A DNA stretch of 32,000 nucleotides, taken from contig JAQVDW010000016.1 of the NCBI GenBank assembly GCA_028698185.1, positions 6,237-38,236 on the forward strand, in the 5' to 3' direction. This DNA comes from Erysipelotrichaceae bacterium. Its GTDB lineage: Bacteria > Bacillota_I > Bacilli_A > Erysipelotrichales > Coprobacillaceae. Within the stretch, counting starts at the first letter, position 1, and each line of letters starts with the position of its first letter. The notes below the pieces were generated by a model. The model worked only from the letters and a program-made list of their open reading frames with translations. It was not told the origin of the DNA and did not search any database. Positions 1 through 8,998 of the stretch are shown piece after piece. Both the position numbers and the translations under genes were made by a program.

Positions 1-1021
1 AATCACTTTGTCAATCTCATTGCCTTTCTTGTTCGGTTCGAATATCGGAACGACAATTACTGCAATCCTGGCGGCTTTTGGTGGTTCGACTTCTTCAAAA
101 AGAGCGGCGACCTACCATGTCATCTTCAATGTTTTCGGGACAGTTTTGTTTATGTGCCTTCTGGTACCATTCACAAGCCTTATTGTGAGTCTGAGCCAGT
201 CGCTCAATACAACTCCGGAAATGTCGTTGGCCATGGCCCATGGTGTTTTCAACATCACTACGACAGCGTTGATGTACCCATTGATCCATACCAACGAAAA
301 GCTGATCAAGAAGCTGATCAAGAAAAAATCATACGAGGTCGAAATCGACTTGTCCACTCTCAATGAAGATGTCGTTGGCTTGTTCCCGGAAGCTTCATTG
401 AATCTGGCAATCGAACAGACCGGCAAAATGGGAGCCTTGACTTGCGAACTTATTTCCAGCGTCAAATCGTATTTCGATTCCGGAGTCCAGTCCAAGGCTG
501 ATGCCTGTCAGGAATTGGAAAATGCGATCAATATCATGGAGAAGAAACTGACGGTCTATCTGGCAAATATTCCCCATGAAAAATTCGATGTACACACTTC
601 AATCATGTATATCAATTCCAGCAAGATTATCAAGGATTTCGAGCTGATTGGCGATCTTGGAGTGCGTCTGGTTTCCCTTTTTGAACAAATGAAGGATTCC
701 AATGAGACCATGCATGAAAAGACGCGTGGCGAAATCGGTGAACTGTTGGCGATCGCTGTTGATCTTGTCGACAAGACTTACCTGGTTTATAAAGAATACA
801 GCTATGACCTGGCTGAAGAAATTGATGCGGGCGAATCGTTGCTTGACGTCAAATATCATGAATTCAAAGACGCACACGTTCATCGTGTCCTGAACAAACA
901 GGAATGCACTAATGTGATCAACTCGTTATACGACGATGCAGCGAGCCTGATTGAAAGAATCGGCGATTACTGCCAGTCGGTCAGCGAAAACGTATCAAAC
1001 ATCAAAGGTGAATTAGTATAA
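1..1021 (+). CDS. Na+/phosphate cotransporter family protein (NptA/YjbB-like), 5'-truncated by window edge
   Basis: The frame-2 ORF is open to the window edge; track ORF 8..1021 is its in-window part. It has a G-S-NIGTT-ITA transporter repeat motif and hydrophobic helices. A long acidic helical PhoU-like C-terminal half follows. Confidence 0.8.
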   Translation, partial: ITLSISLPFLFGSNIGTTITAILAAFGGSTSSKRAATYHVIFNVFGTVLFMCLLVPFTSLIVSLSQSLNTTPEMSLAMAHGVFNITTTALMYPLIHTNEKLIKKLIKKKSYEVEIDLSTLNEDVVGLFPEASLNLAIEQTGKMGALTCELISSVKSYFDSGVQSKADACQELENAINIMEKKLTVYLANIPHEKFDVHTSIMYINSSKIIKDFELIGDLGVRLVSLFEQMKDSNETMHEKTRGEIGELLAIAVDLVDKTYLVYKEYSYDLAEEIDAGESLLDVKYHEFKDAHVHRVLNKQECTNVINSLYDDAASLIERIGDYCQSVSENVSNIKGELV

Positions 1022-1058
1022 TTCATCTTTTTTTTTGTGACCGGATTCGGGTGAAGGC

Positions 1059-1092
1059 AAAAAAAGAAGAAGCTTAGGCTTCTTCTTTTGTG
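1059..1092. terminator. Bidirectional intrinsic terminator between convergent Na/Pi transporter and aspartokinase genes
   Basis: Perfect 10-12 bp stem, aagaagaagc (1064-1073) pairing with gcttcttctt (1078-1087), with a 4-nt loop ttag. An A-run lies upstream and a T-run downstream. The aspartokinase stop codon (1074-1076 on the minus strand) sits in the loop. Confidence 0.75.
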
Positions 1093-2399
1093 ATGAATTC
1101 GTCATAGATCGCGTTGATGGCTTTTTCAAAGTGGACGTTTTTGACTCCGACAATGATATTAAGCTCTGATGAACCTTGGTCGATCATCTTGACGTTGATA
1201 TTGGCATTGGCCAGTGATTTGAAGATCTTGGCAGCAGTTCCGCGACCGTCCTTCATACCACGTCCAACGATGGCGATAAGAGCCAGTCCCGATTCCAAAG
1301 TGATTGAATCAGGGTTGACCGCACGGTGGATTCCGGCGATGACATTCTGTTCTTTTTCGATAAAGTCTTTGGTGTTGACCACGATTGTCATTGTGTCGAT
1401 TCCCGAAGGCATATGTTCGAAAGAAAGACCGTTTTCTTCAAGCACTTGCAGCACTTTGCGGCCGAATCCGATTTCGGCGTTCATCATGTCTTTTTCGATC
1501 ATGATTGTAGCCATGTCTTTTTTTCCGGCGATACCGGTAATGATGTGGCTAGGCTTGTGGCAAGTCGATTCGACGATGATTGTCCCTTTGTCTTGAGGAC
1601 GGTTAGTGTTCTTGATGACAATTGGAATCCCTTGGGAACGGATTGGGAAAATTGAATTCTCATGAAGCACGCTAGCACCCATGTAAGAAAGCTCCCGCAA
1701 TTCCTTGTAAGTGATTGTTTCAATTGTTTCTGGATTGTCGACAATTCTTGGATCGCAAACAAGACATCCTGAAACGTCAGTCCAGTTTTCATAAAGGTCG
1801 ACATCGGAATTTCTCGCGATGACTGAACCGGTCACATCGGAACCGCCGCGTGAGAATGTCTGGATCGCACCGGACTCGTCATTGGCTTGTCCGTAGAATC
1901 CAGGAATAACCGCATAATCATGATTTTTCAGGGTTTTTTCCAGGATGGCATCAGTCTTCTTATAATCGTAATTTCCATAACTGTCGATATAGATACATGT
2001 TGCAGGGTCAATGAAATCAAAGCCTAGATAATTAGCTAAGATGATTCCGTTTAGATACTCGCCACGGCTGGCAGCATAATTCACTCCGATTTTGGCTTTG
2101 AAGTCTTTCTCGATTGTTTGATATTCTTCCTCCAAAGACAAATCCAGTTTCAGCCCGGCAATAATGCTATTGTAACGATCTTTGATTTCCTCAAAGGTTT
2201 TTTTGAATGTCGCTTCATCATCAGCGTAGTATGCAGCGTACAACAAATCAGTGACTTTGGTGTCACCATCATAGCGGCGACCTGGGGCACTTGGAACAAC
2301 GTAATGGCGGCTTTCATCACTTGTGATGATGTCATAAACTTTCTTGAACTGATTCGCATCAGCCAATGACGAACCACCAAACTTAACTATTTTTTTCAT
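1074..2399 (-). CDS. Aspartate kinase (monofunctional, with C-terminal ACT domains)
   Basis: N-terminus is MKKIVKFGGSSLAD, with an FSRGGSDVTG motif and ACT-like repeats at the C-terminus. I moved the start to the ATG at 2399 because GGAGGT (reverse complement of 2410-2415) lies about 10 nt upstream. The track ORF start at 2432 has no SD. Confidence 0.9.
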   Translation of the reverse strand: MKKIVKFGGSSLADANQFKKVYDIITSDESRHYVVPSAPGRRYDGDTKVTDLLYAAYYADDEATFKKTFEEIKDRYNSIIAGLKLDLSLEEEYQTIEKDFKAKIGVNYAASRGEYLNGIILANYLGFDFIDPATCIYIDSYGNYDYKKTDAILEKTLKNHDYAVIPGFYGQANDESGAIQTFSRGGSDVTGSVIARNSDVDLYENWTDVSGCLVCDPRIVDNPETIETITYKELRELSYMGASVLHENSIFPIRSQGIPIVIKNTNRPQDKGTIIVESTCHKPSHIITGIAGKKDMATIMIEKDMMNAEIGFGRKVLQVLEENGLSFEHMPSGIDTMTIVVNTKDFIEKEQNVIAGIHRAVNPDSITLESGLALIAIVGRGMKDGRGTAAKIFKSLANANINVKMIDQGSSELNIIVGVKNVHFEKAINAIYDEFITKEEA

Positions 2400-2484
2400 T
2401 AATATATGGACCTCCAACCTAAATATGCCCATACAATACCACTTTTAAACACAAATTACAAGAATAATTGAACATTTTTCGGAA

Positions 2485-2514
2485 TTGAGAAAATTTATTT
2501 TAATAATTTATAAT
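2485..2514 (+). promoter_or_regulatory. Candidate sigma-A promoter for the 2631-5248 operon
   Basis: TTGAGA (2485-2490), 18-nt spacer, TATAAT (2509-2514). Confidence 0.4.
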
Positions 2515-2630
2515 ATCTAAAAAAACGGGGCAATTTGCGGTCATCCGGTAACAGAATGGGGCCCGTTTTGCACTGATATTTTGGGTTGGTTTCTTTAAGC
2601 AAACTGTGTATAATGAAAAAGGTGATAGAA

Positions 2631-3440
2631 ATGAAAAAAATACTGAATATAAACATAATTATGGCCCTGGCCACAGTTGCGGTAATCGGCTATATCATGA
2701 GCCTTTTTTATCCGCTGTACCAGTTCCATACCTTCAACAAACAAGTCCGCTATGATATCGAACTTTACAATGGCGACTTCAACGCTATATTCACCTTGGC
2801 GGATTTGAACATCTACCGCGATGGTGATGGCGGCAGCATCCAGGGCGGAAAGCTGACAGTCCTGGCGGGCGACAATTTTACCGACCAGAAGAATTATACC
2901 CTGGAAATCAGGCTTGACGACCGGGTTGCAATATGCGATTATACCTTCACCTACTCTGACGGGGAACATGAATATCCAATCGAGATGCTTGAAGATGCAA
3001 CTCTTCTACCAAGTGTCGGTCGTGTTGTCGCGACAGTTTACGACGAATCAAACCAGGCTGTTGCCAGTGAAGTTTTGACAATGACTCCGGCTCGGCTTAT
3101 TAATGGCTACAACAAGACGATGCGTCTTGAAAAGGTGACTTTGAGTCCCCGATATATGAGGTTAGGACAGCTGGTCACGACTTTGGATCTTTCCGGCTAC
3201 GACAGCATTGCCTTGGAATATCGATATCTTACCAGCGATGATCTCGATCCTGCTGACAACAATTCCTATACGGTTTTTGAAAAAATCGAAGGCACTCCGG
3301 AGCAGATGCTTGCAGGAACCGATTATGGCATCTACCGTTTCACGAACGCCCAGCGGGATATCCCCTTGAGGCCCCTGTCGGTGGCTGTGGTCATGAAAAG
3401 TGGCGATACGGGCACAGTCGTCAAGATTGATCTGGATTAG
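2631..3440 (+). CDS. Hypothetical membrane-anchored protein (single N-terminal TM helix, beta-rich ectodomain)
   Basis: ORF with SD AAGGTGAT just upstream of the ATG at 2631. The N-terminus MKKILNINIIMALATVAVIGYIMSLF is a signal-anchor. I recognise no family motif in the remaining ~240 aa. Confidence 0.6.
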   Translation: MKKILNINIIMALATVAVIGYIMSLFYPLYQFHTFNKQVRYDIELYNGDFNAIFTLADLNIYRDGDGGSIQGGKLTVLAGDNFTDQKNYTLEIRLDDRVAICDYTFTYSDGEHEYPIEMLEDATLLPSVGRVVATVYDESNQAVASEVLTMTPARLINGYNKTMRLEKVTLSPRYMRLGQLVTTLDLSGYDSIALEYRYLTSDDLDPADNNSYTVFEKIEGTPEQMLAGTDYGIYRFTNAQRDIPLRPLSVAVVMKSGDTGTVVKIDLD

Positions 3441-3452
3441 GAGGATACAACA

Positions 3453-3881
3453 ATGGACAAGAACAAATTCAAAAATATCCCTTTTTCCCTGCTTTTGAAC
3501 CTGGCTGCCACATTCATTGTGGCGCTGGTTGCGAATCTTGTGGCGATAGCCGGTTACTATCGGATAACACCATTTGCGGGATTGGCCCGCCTGTTTTTCG
3601 ACAACATATACACAGCCGGTTATTTCGTGTTGCTGTGGCTGATGAATTTCGTGATTTTTGAAGCTGTCAACGAGATTTTCGAGCATGTTTCTAAAATCAG
3701 GACTATAGCCATATTCAACCATAAGATACCAGGGGTAATGCTTGCCGGATTTGTGGTGACAGTCGCAGTGCTTGCTCTGGACCCTCCGGCCGTATTCAAG
3801 TCGAACTTCATCATCCTGGCTGCTTGGGTCATGATTTACGACTGGCTGGAATATAAACATATTATCCAAGGAGGAAGATAA
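3453..3881 (+). CDS. Hypothetical integral membrane protein (about 4 TM helices)
   Basis: AGGAGG SD 7 nt before the ATG. There are four hydrophobic stretches. It starts 12 nt after the upstream stop and directly abuts the next gene. Confidence 0.6.
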   Translation: MDKNKFKNIPFSLLLNLAATFIVALVANLVAIAGYYRITPFAGLARLFFDNIYTAGYFVLLWLMNFVIFEAVNEIFEHVSKIRTIAIFNHKIPGVMLAGFVVTVAVLALDPPAVFKSNFIILAAWVMIYDWLEYKHIIQGGR

Positions 3882-4538
3882 GTGAGCCGCAAAACCACAA
3901 TAATGATCAACGGCAACCCGACGCCATTGGATATCACTTTCCGGGCCAACAGCGTCAATGTGAACATCCGGGTCGATTCCCAGGTGATCAAGGCCAGCGC
4001 CCCTAAAGGATACCCCCTAAAGCAGATCGCGGCCCTGATCGAGAAAAACCAGGATAGGATCGAACTTGAGATCAGACGCCAGCGGCAGTTGAGACGCCGG
4101 GTTGACCGGCAAGGCCAAGTGACCATTGTCGGACGCACATATTCGATAGAAAAGGTCGCCAATCTGACTCAGGCCCATTGCCAGGGAGGAGTCATTTCAA
4201 TCGGCCATCAAAACGCCCAGGAACAGCTTGACGGTTTTGCCTACCGCCAGCTCCACAACTATATGGCAAAAAAGGCGATTTCCAGCGGGGTGGCCATCAA
4301 CGGCTTGCGCATCGGTCGCTACAAGTCGAAATGGGGCTCATGCAATTATCGGACCCGGATTCTGGCCTTCAATGGCGAACTGGCGTTTTTGCCGACAAAT
4401 GTAATCGACTATGTCTTCTATCATGAAATTGCGCATCTCAAACACCCTAATCACTCAGCCGATTTCTGGCGGGAGGTCGAGGGGCTGATGCCCGATTATC
4501 AGACATACAGGAAAGAGTTAAAGCAGGTGCAAATATGA
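3882..4538 (+). CDS. DUF45/YgjP-like (M48/WLM-like) zinc metallohydrolase
   Basis: C-terminal WGSC...(ILAFN)...YVFYHEIAHLKHPNHSADFW carries the HExxH plus downstream H signature of the YgjP/DUF45 family. GTG start directly after the upstream stop, with SD GGAGGA at 3869-3874. Confidence 0.75.
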   Translation: MSRKTTIMINGNPTPLDITFRANSVNVNIRVDSQVIKASAPKGYPLKQIAALIEKNQDRIELEIRRQRQLRRRVDRQGQVTIVGRTYSIEKVANLTQAHCQGGVISIGHQNAQEQLDGFAYRQLHNYMAKKAISSGVAINGLRIGRYKSKWGSCNYRTRILAFNGELAFLPTNVIDYVFYHEIAHLKHPNHSADFWREVEGLMPDYQTYRKELKQVQI

Positions 4539-5248
4539 TAACATCATCAACCAACCAGACATTCAAGGAATTGTTGAAACTTAAGCAGAAAAAATACCGG
4601 GATGAGCATTATCTTGTCGAAGGTGATCATCTGGTCGCTGATGCGATCAGGCACGGTTTTGCCGATCTGATCATCACCACCGATGAAAATTACCGGAGCG
4701 AGCTTCCGGTCTTTTTGATCAGCCAGGGACTGATGGAGAAACTGGCTTTCACCAGAAGCCCCCAGAATGTGATGGCCCGGGTCAAAAAGAATCATGACAA
4801 CTCCCTGATTGCCGCAAAGCGTTATTTGATCCTTGACGGTCTCCAGGATCCCGGCAATATCGGAACTTTGATCAGGACGGCTCTGGCTTTTGGCGTCGAT
4901 CAGGTGATCCTCAGTGACGAGTGTGTCGATCTGTACAACGACAAGCTGCTCCGTTCGGCCCAAGGGGCGCACTTCAGGGTCTCGATCATCAAGGGGGACC
5001 TTCATGAATTGATCCGCCAGCTTCAGGAAAGTGGCGTCTATGTTCTGGCGACCGCATTGACCGGCGGAAAGCCTCTGGCCACAATCGAGACGCGAGAAAA
5101 GATGGCATTCGTTCTTGGCAATGAGGGCAATGGCATGAATCAGGATATCATCGACCTTTGCGATGGGATCGGATTCATCGAGATCGAGGCGATGGAATCG
5201 CTCAACGTGGCGATTGCCGGAAGTATCCTGATGTACCACTACAGGTAA
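4535..5248 (+). CDS. TrmH/SpoU-family RNA 2'-O-methyltransferase (YsgA-like)
   Basis: SpoU motifs LDGLQDPGNIGTLIRTA, VLGNEGNGM and ESLNVAIAGSILMY. ATGA overlap with the upstream gene. Its position immediately upstream of pheST matches B. subtilis ysgA. Confidence 0.85.
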   Translation: MITSSTNQTFKELLKLKQKKYRDEHYLVEGDHLVADAIRHGFADLIITTDENYRSELPVFLISQGLMEKLAFTRSPQNVMARVKKNHDNSLIAAKRYLILDGLQDPGNIGTLIRTALAFGVDQVILSDECVDLYNDKLLRSAQGAHFRVSIIKGDLHELIRQLQESGVYVLATALTGGKPLATIETREKMAFVLGNEGNGMNQDIIDLCDGIGFIEIEAMESLNVAIAGSILMYHYR

Positions 5249-5275
5249 ATCGGGCCGGCCCGCTAAAAATTACCC

Positions 5276-5303
5276 TTGAAATTTCAATAAATTTTGATAT
5301 AAT
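5276..5303 (+). promoter_or_regulatory. Sigma-A promoter of the pheST T-box leader
   Basis: TTGAAA (5276-5281), 16-nt spacer, extended -10 TGaTATAAT (5295-5303). Confidence 0.7.
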
Positions 5304-5309
5304 AGTTTT

Positions 5310-5527
5310 CAAATCGATGATGTGGACTAGTAAATGTAACAACGCGGCAAAGAGATGGAATGAGGCTGGGAATTTCCACCGTGCTTATATTGAATTCACC
5401 ACGGAGAGCGACTAATCATCGCCGTTAACTACGTTACAGTAATCAAGCGCATGACAGACAAGTAATATTGTCATGAAGTAGGATGGTACCGCGAATATTT
5501 CGTTCCTATACAGGAACGTTTTTTTAT
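5310..5527 (+). promoter_or_regulatory. T-box riboswitch (tRNA-Phe specific) controlling pheS-pheT
   Basis: Stem I base pairs cgatgat (5315-5321) with atcatcg (5417-5423). AGTA and AGAGA elements are present. The specifier-loop context is GAA-UUC-A, with the UUC Phe codon at 5395-5397. T-box motif gGATGGTACCGCG lies at 5481-5493; its UGGU is complementary to ACCA with discriminator A73. A terminator follows: cgttcct-ataca-ggaacg plus T7 (5501-5527). Confidence 0.92.
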
Positions 5528-5543
5528 TTTAGGAGGAAATTTA

Positions 5544-6581
5544 ATGGACAAGCTGTTGGAGATTTCAAAAGAAGCTCTAGAAAGAATCGCCCAAGTGGCG
5601 GATTTGAAAGAATTGAATGATTTACGGGTGCACTACCTGGGGAAAAAAGGGCCGATCCAAGAGGCCATGAAATCGATGAAGGACATGGGCCAAGAGGAAC
5701 GCATCGCGTTCGGGAAAGTGTCCAACGAGGTCAAACAGAACGTTTCCCAAGCGATCGAGGATGCCAAGGCAAAACTTGAAAGAATCGTGATGGAAGAAAA
5801 ACTGGCGAGCGAATCGATCGATATCACTTTGCCAGGATTCAAGGTTGCCTCAGGTTCGCTGCATCCATTGACCCATGTGGTTAACACATTGGAAGAGATC
5901 TTCCTGGGAATGGGCTACCAGATAGCTCAAGGTCCGGAAGTGGAAACCGATTATTACAATTTCGAGCTGATGAACCTGCCGCAGGGACATCCGGCCCGTG
6001 ACATGCAGGATACTTTCTATATAGATGTCAACTACCTTTTAAGAACCCACACGTCTCCGGTTCAGGCACGGACAATGCTCAAGGCCAATGGCCAGGGGCC
6101 AATCAAGGTTATCTGCCCGGGTAAAACTTACCGCCGCGATGACGATGACGCGACCCATTCGCATCAGTTCATGCAATGCGAAGGGATTGTCGTTGACAAG
6201 AACATCACCATGGCCAACCTGAAAGGGACCCTGGAATTGTTTGTCAAAGAACTTTTTGGTGAAAAAAGAGCGATCCGGCTGCGCCCTTCATATTTCCCGT
6301 TCACCGAACCTTCAGTCGAAGTTGATGTGAGCTGTTCAAACTGCGGCGGTGTTGGGTGCTCGATGTGCAAGCAAACTGGATGGATTGAGATTCTAGGAGC
6401 CGGTATGGTAAATCCCAAAGTGCTCAAGATGAGCGGGTTCGACCCTGAAGTCTACCAGGGATTCGCCTTCGGTATCGGGATTGAGCGGGTTGCCATGTTG
6501 AAATATGGAATCGACAATATCCGTGACTTCTATAACAATGATATTCGCTTTTTAGCGCAGTTTGCAAGAGAGGATAAGTAG
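5544..6581 (+). CDS. pheS: Phenylalanine--tRNA ligase alpha subunit
   Basis: Class II aaRS motifs [12 protein letters not shown] and [10 protein letters not shown]...[22 protein letters not shown]. Sits downstream of the Phe T-box. Confidence 0.97.
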   Translation: MDKLLEISKEALERIAQVADLKELNDLRVHYLGKKGPIQEAMKSMKDMGQEERIAFGKVSNEVKQNVSQAIEDAKAKLERIVMEEKLASESIDITLPGFKVASGSLHPLTHVVNTLEEIFLGMGYQIAQGPEVETDYYNFELMNLPQGHPARDMQDTFYIDVNYLLRTHTSPVQARTMLKANGQGPIKVICPGKTYRRDDDDATHSHQFMQCEGIVVDKNITMANLKGTLELFVKELFGEKRAIRLRPSYFPFTEPSVEVDVSCSNCGGVGCSMCKQTGWIEILGAGMVNPKVLKMSGFDPEVYQGFAFGIGIERVAMLKYGIDNIRDFYNNDIRFLAQFAREDK

Positions 6582-6582
6582 G

Positions 6583-8970
6583 ATGCAAGTTAGTTTAAAA
6601 TTATTGAACCATTATATAGATATACAGGACCAAAGCGCGCTGGATCTGGCGGCCAAGATCACCTCCATCGGACACGAGGTCGAAGGAATCGAAACCCTGG
6701 CTGTCGGTGATGACCTGGTGGTCGGTCTTGTCAAGGAATGTGTCGATCATCCTGACAGCGACCATCTTCATGTCTGCCAGGTTCAAGTCAATGACAATGA
6801 CGTGTTCCAGATTGTCTGCGGGGCTCCAAATGTCCAGGCAGGGCAGAAAGTAATCGTTGCCTTGCCAGGATGCGAACTCAAGGAAATCACAATCAAGAAA
6901 TCCCAGATCCGTGGGGTTGAATCGAACGGGATGATCTGCTCCCTGGCGGAACTGGGTCTTGACAGCAGGTTCGTGACCGAGCAACAAAAAGCCGGGATTG
7001 AAGTTCTGGACCAAAACGCGCCTCTAGGGGCTGATGCCCTTGATTACCTGGGCCTCAAGGATGATATCTTGGATATCGGACTGACGCCAAACCGTGCTGA
7101 TTGCATGGCTTTGAAGGCATTCGCTTATGAAGTTGGAGCGATTTTGAAAAGGGATATCAAACCGGTGGAACTGAAGGCGATGGATACCCAGCCTGGCGAT
7201 GTGAAAATCCAGGTGGAAACGGACAAATGTCCGGTATTTGGAATCAAGGTTGTCAAAGGAGTCACCACCAAGGAATCGCCTCAATGGCTAAAGGCGGCTT
7301 TGATGGCAAGTGGAATCAAGCCAATCAACAACATCGTCGACATCTCCAATCTGATCATGCTCGAGACCGGGCAGCCGATCCACATGTACGACTATGACAA
7401 GATTGCAAACAAGACTTTCACAATCAAAGACAACTACCAAAGCAAAGAAATGTTTTTGGATGGAAACGAATATGACGTTGTCCAAGGGGATATCGTTATC
7501 GAAGTTGACGGCAAACTTGGGTGTCTGGCCGGAGTCATGGGGGGCGAATCGACAAAAATCACCGACGACAGCGTGAATATCGCAATCGAGGCGGCGACAT
7601 TCGATGGTCCTTCGTTAAGGGAAACGGCGCGCCGTTTGAATCTGCTGACCGATGCGTCACAACATTACATCAAGGGGTCAATTGACAGCGCCAAGACGGC
7701 TGAAGTGCTCGACCGCGTGGCTAATCTGCTTGTGGAATACGCGGATGCCAAAGAAATCCAGGAAACGGTAATCACCCCATACGAATACGAACCGACCGAA
7801 CTGGCGTTAAGCGTTGAGGATGTCAATGGCCTTTTGGGAACCGACATCTCCCTAAGTGAAATCCGTGACATCTTCACTGATCTCAAATTTGATTACAGCC
7901 TCGATGGCAACAAGTTGAACATTGCCATTCCAAGCTACCGCAAGGACATCACCATGGTGGCCGACCTTATCGAAGAGGTTGCCAGAATCCACGGATATGA
8001 CAATATTCCAAGCTGTCTGCCGGAAATGGGTACGACAATCGGAAAACGGAGTGGAGAACAGGCGAAAGTCAAGATGATCAAGGATTATCTAAGCAATGTT
8101 GCCTTGCATGAGACTATCACCTACACGCTGAGCTCGCCGGGAAAAGCCGATGATTTCAACCTGTTCCACCAAGGGGAACAGGTAAAGTTGATGTTCCCGC
8201 TTGGTGAGGAACGTTCGGTTGTCAGAAAGTCGCTGATCCCTTCGCTTCTTGAAGTTGTCAAATACAATGTGGCCCGCAAGAACAACGATGTCCACATCTT
8301 TGAGATTTCAAACACCTATTCAAGTGAGCAGGAAATCCAGACACTGGCTATCGCCTGTCATGGAACATATATGGAGCAAAGCTTCCGTCAGATCCGCCAC
8401 GGGGCCGATTACCTTCTGGTGAAAGGTTTTGTGGAAACAATCTTGGACAAATTGGCAATCGCGCCTTCACGCTACAGCCTTGTCCGGGTTGAAAAGGAAA
8501 ATGAATTCTATCACCCTGGCCGTTCAGCCTATATCAAGATGGGCAAAGACATAATCGGGGTTGTGGGATGCATCCACCCGCTGATGGCGAAAAAGTACGA
8601 TGTCAAAGATGTCTATGTCTGCGAATTGAATCTGGCGGCTCTTCTAACCATGAAGACACCTAACCTGAAAGCCGGAATCATTCCTCAATATCCTGCGGTA
8701 ATGCGTGACGTGGCGTTTGTGATGGCCAAAGATGTTTACAGCTATGATGTTATCCGCAAAATAGTACAGGCATCTAAAGGTCTCGCGACAAACGTTACAC
8801 TGTTTGACGAATATATGGGTGAACATGTCGGTGTAGGTGAAAAATCAGTAGCCTTCAAAGTCATGCTTCAAGACCCGAAAAAGACTCTCGATGAAAATAC
8901 AATCAATCAGACCATGGAAAATATAATCAAGGCGGTTGAAAAACAGTTCAAGGCCAACTTGAGAAAATAA
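6583..8970 (+). CDS. pheT: Phenylalanine--tRNA ligase beta subunit
   Basis: N-terminal tRNA-binding domain (QIVCGAPNV, GVESNGMICS), B3/4 and B5 domains, and a C-terminal FDX-ACB domain. Start set to the ATG at 6583, 1 nt after the pheS stop, giving MQVSLKLLNHYI. The track start at 6562 lies inside pheS. Confidence 0.96.
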   Translation: MQVSLKLLNHYIDIQDQSALDLAAKITSIGHEVEGIETLAVGDDLVVGLVKECVDHPDSDHLHVCQVQVNDNDVFQIVCGAPNVQAGQKVIVALPGCELKEITIKKSQIRGVESNGMICSLAELGLDSRFVTEQQKAGIEVLDQNAPLGADALDYLGLKDDILDIGLTPNRADCMALKAFAYEVGAILKRDIKPVELKAMDTQPGDVKIQVETDKCPVFGIKVVKGVTTKESPQWLKAALMASGIKPINNIVDISNLIMLETGQPIHMYDYDKIANKTFTIKDNYQSKEMFLDGNEYDVVQGDIVIEVDGKLGCLAGVMGGESTKITDDSVNIAIEAATFDGPSLRETARRLNLLTDASQHYIKGSIDSAKTAEVLDRVANLLVEYADAKEIQETVITPYEYEPTELALSVEDVNGLLGTDISLSEIRDIFTDLKFDYSLDGNKLNIAIPSYRKDITMVADLIEEVARIHGYDNIPSCLPEMGTTIGKRSGEQAKVKMIKDYLSNVALHETITYTLSSPGKADDFNLFHQGEQVKLMFPLGEERSVVRKSLIPSLLEVVKYNVARKNNDVHIFEISNTYSSEQEIQTLAIACHGTYMEQSFRQIRHGADYLLVKGFVETILDKLAIAPSRYSLVRVEKENEFYHPGRSAYIKMGKDIIGVVGCIHPLMAKKYDVKDVYVCELNLAALLTMKTPNLKAGIIPQYPAVMRDVAFVMAKDVYSYDVIRKIVQASKGLATNVTLFDEYMGEHVGVGEKSVAFKVMLQDPKKTLDENTINQTMENIIKAVEKQFKANLRK

Positions 8971-8972
8971 TA

Positions 8973-8998
8973 AAAGACCCAGAATTGTCTGGGTCTTT
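8973..8998. terminator. Bidirectional terminator between pheT and tmcAL
   Basis: Stem aaagacccaga (8973-8983) pairs with tctgggtcttt (8988-8998), with loop attg. The tmcAL stop codon overlaps the 3' arm. Confidence 0.7.

Noticed and set aside
299-322. Perfect 12-bp tandem duplication aagctgatcaag x2, encoding KLIKKLIK.
   Set aside because: It is an in-frame micro-duplication inside the linker of the Na/Pi transporter gene. With only two copies, it is not a repeat array or a regulatory element.
2400-2520. I looked for a lysine riboswitch (L-box) or other leader upstream of the aspartokinase gene.
   Set aside because: The minus-strand 5' region is AT-rich. A plausible promoter (TTGTAA, 17 nt, TATTGT) lies only ~30-40 nt from the SD, and nothing resembles the ~180-nt L-box helices.
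3162-3869. 235-aa minus-strand ORF spanning two plus-strand genes.
   Set aside because: It crosses an intergenic SD and start region of the plus-strand operon and has no coding-like features. It is a shadow ORF.
4547-5239. 230-aa ORF antisense to the TrmH-family methyltransferase gene.
   Set aside because: It exactly shadows a gene with clear family motifs. It has no SD, and its Asp/Gln/Arg-rich composition is typical of antisense reading of RNY-biased coding sequence.
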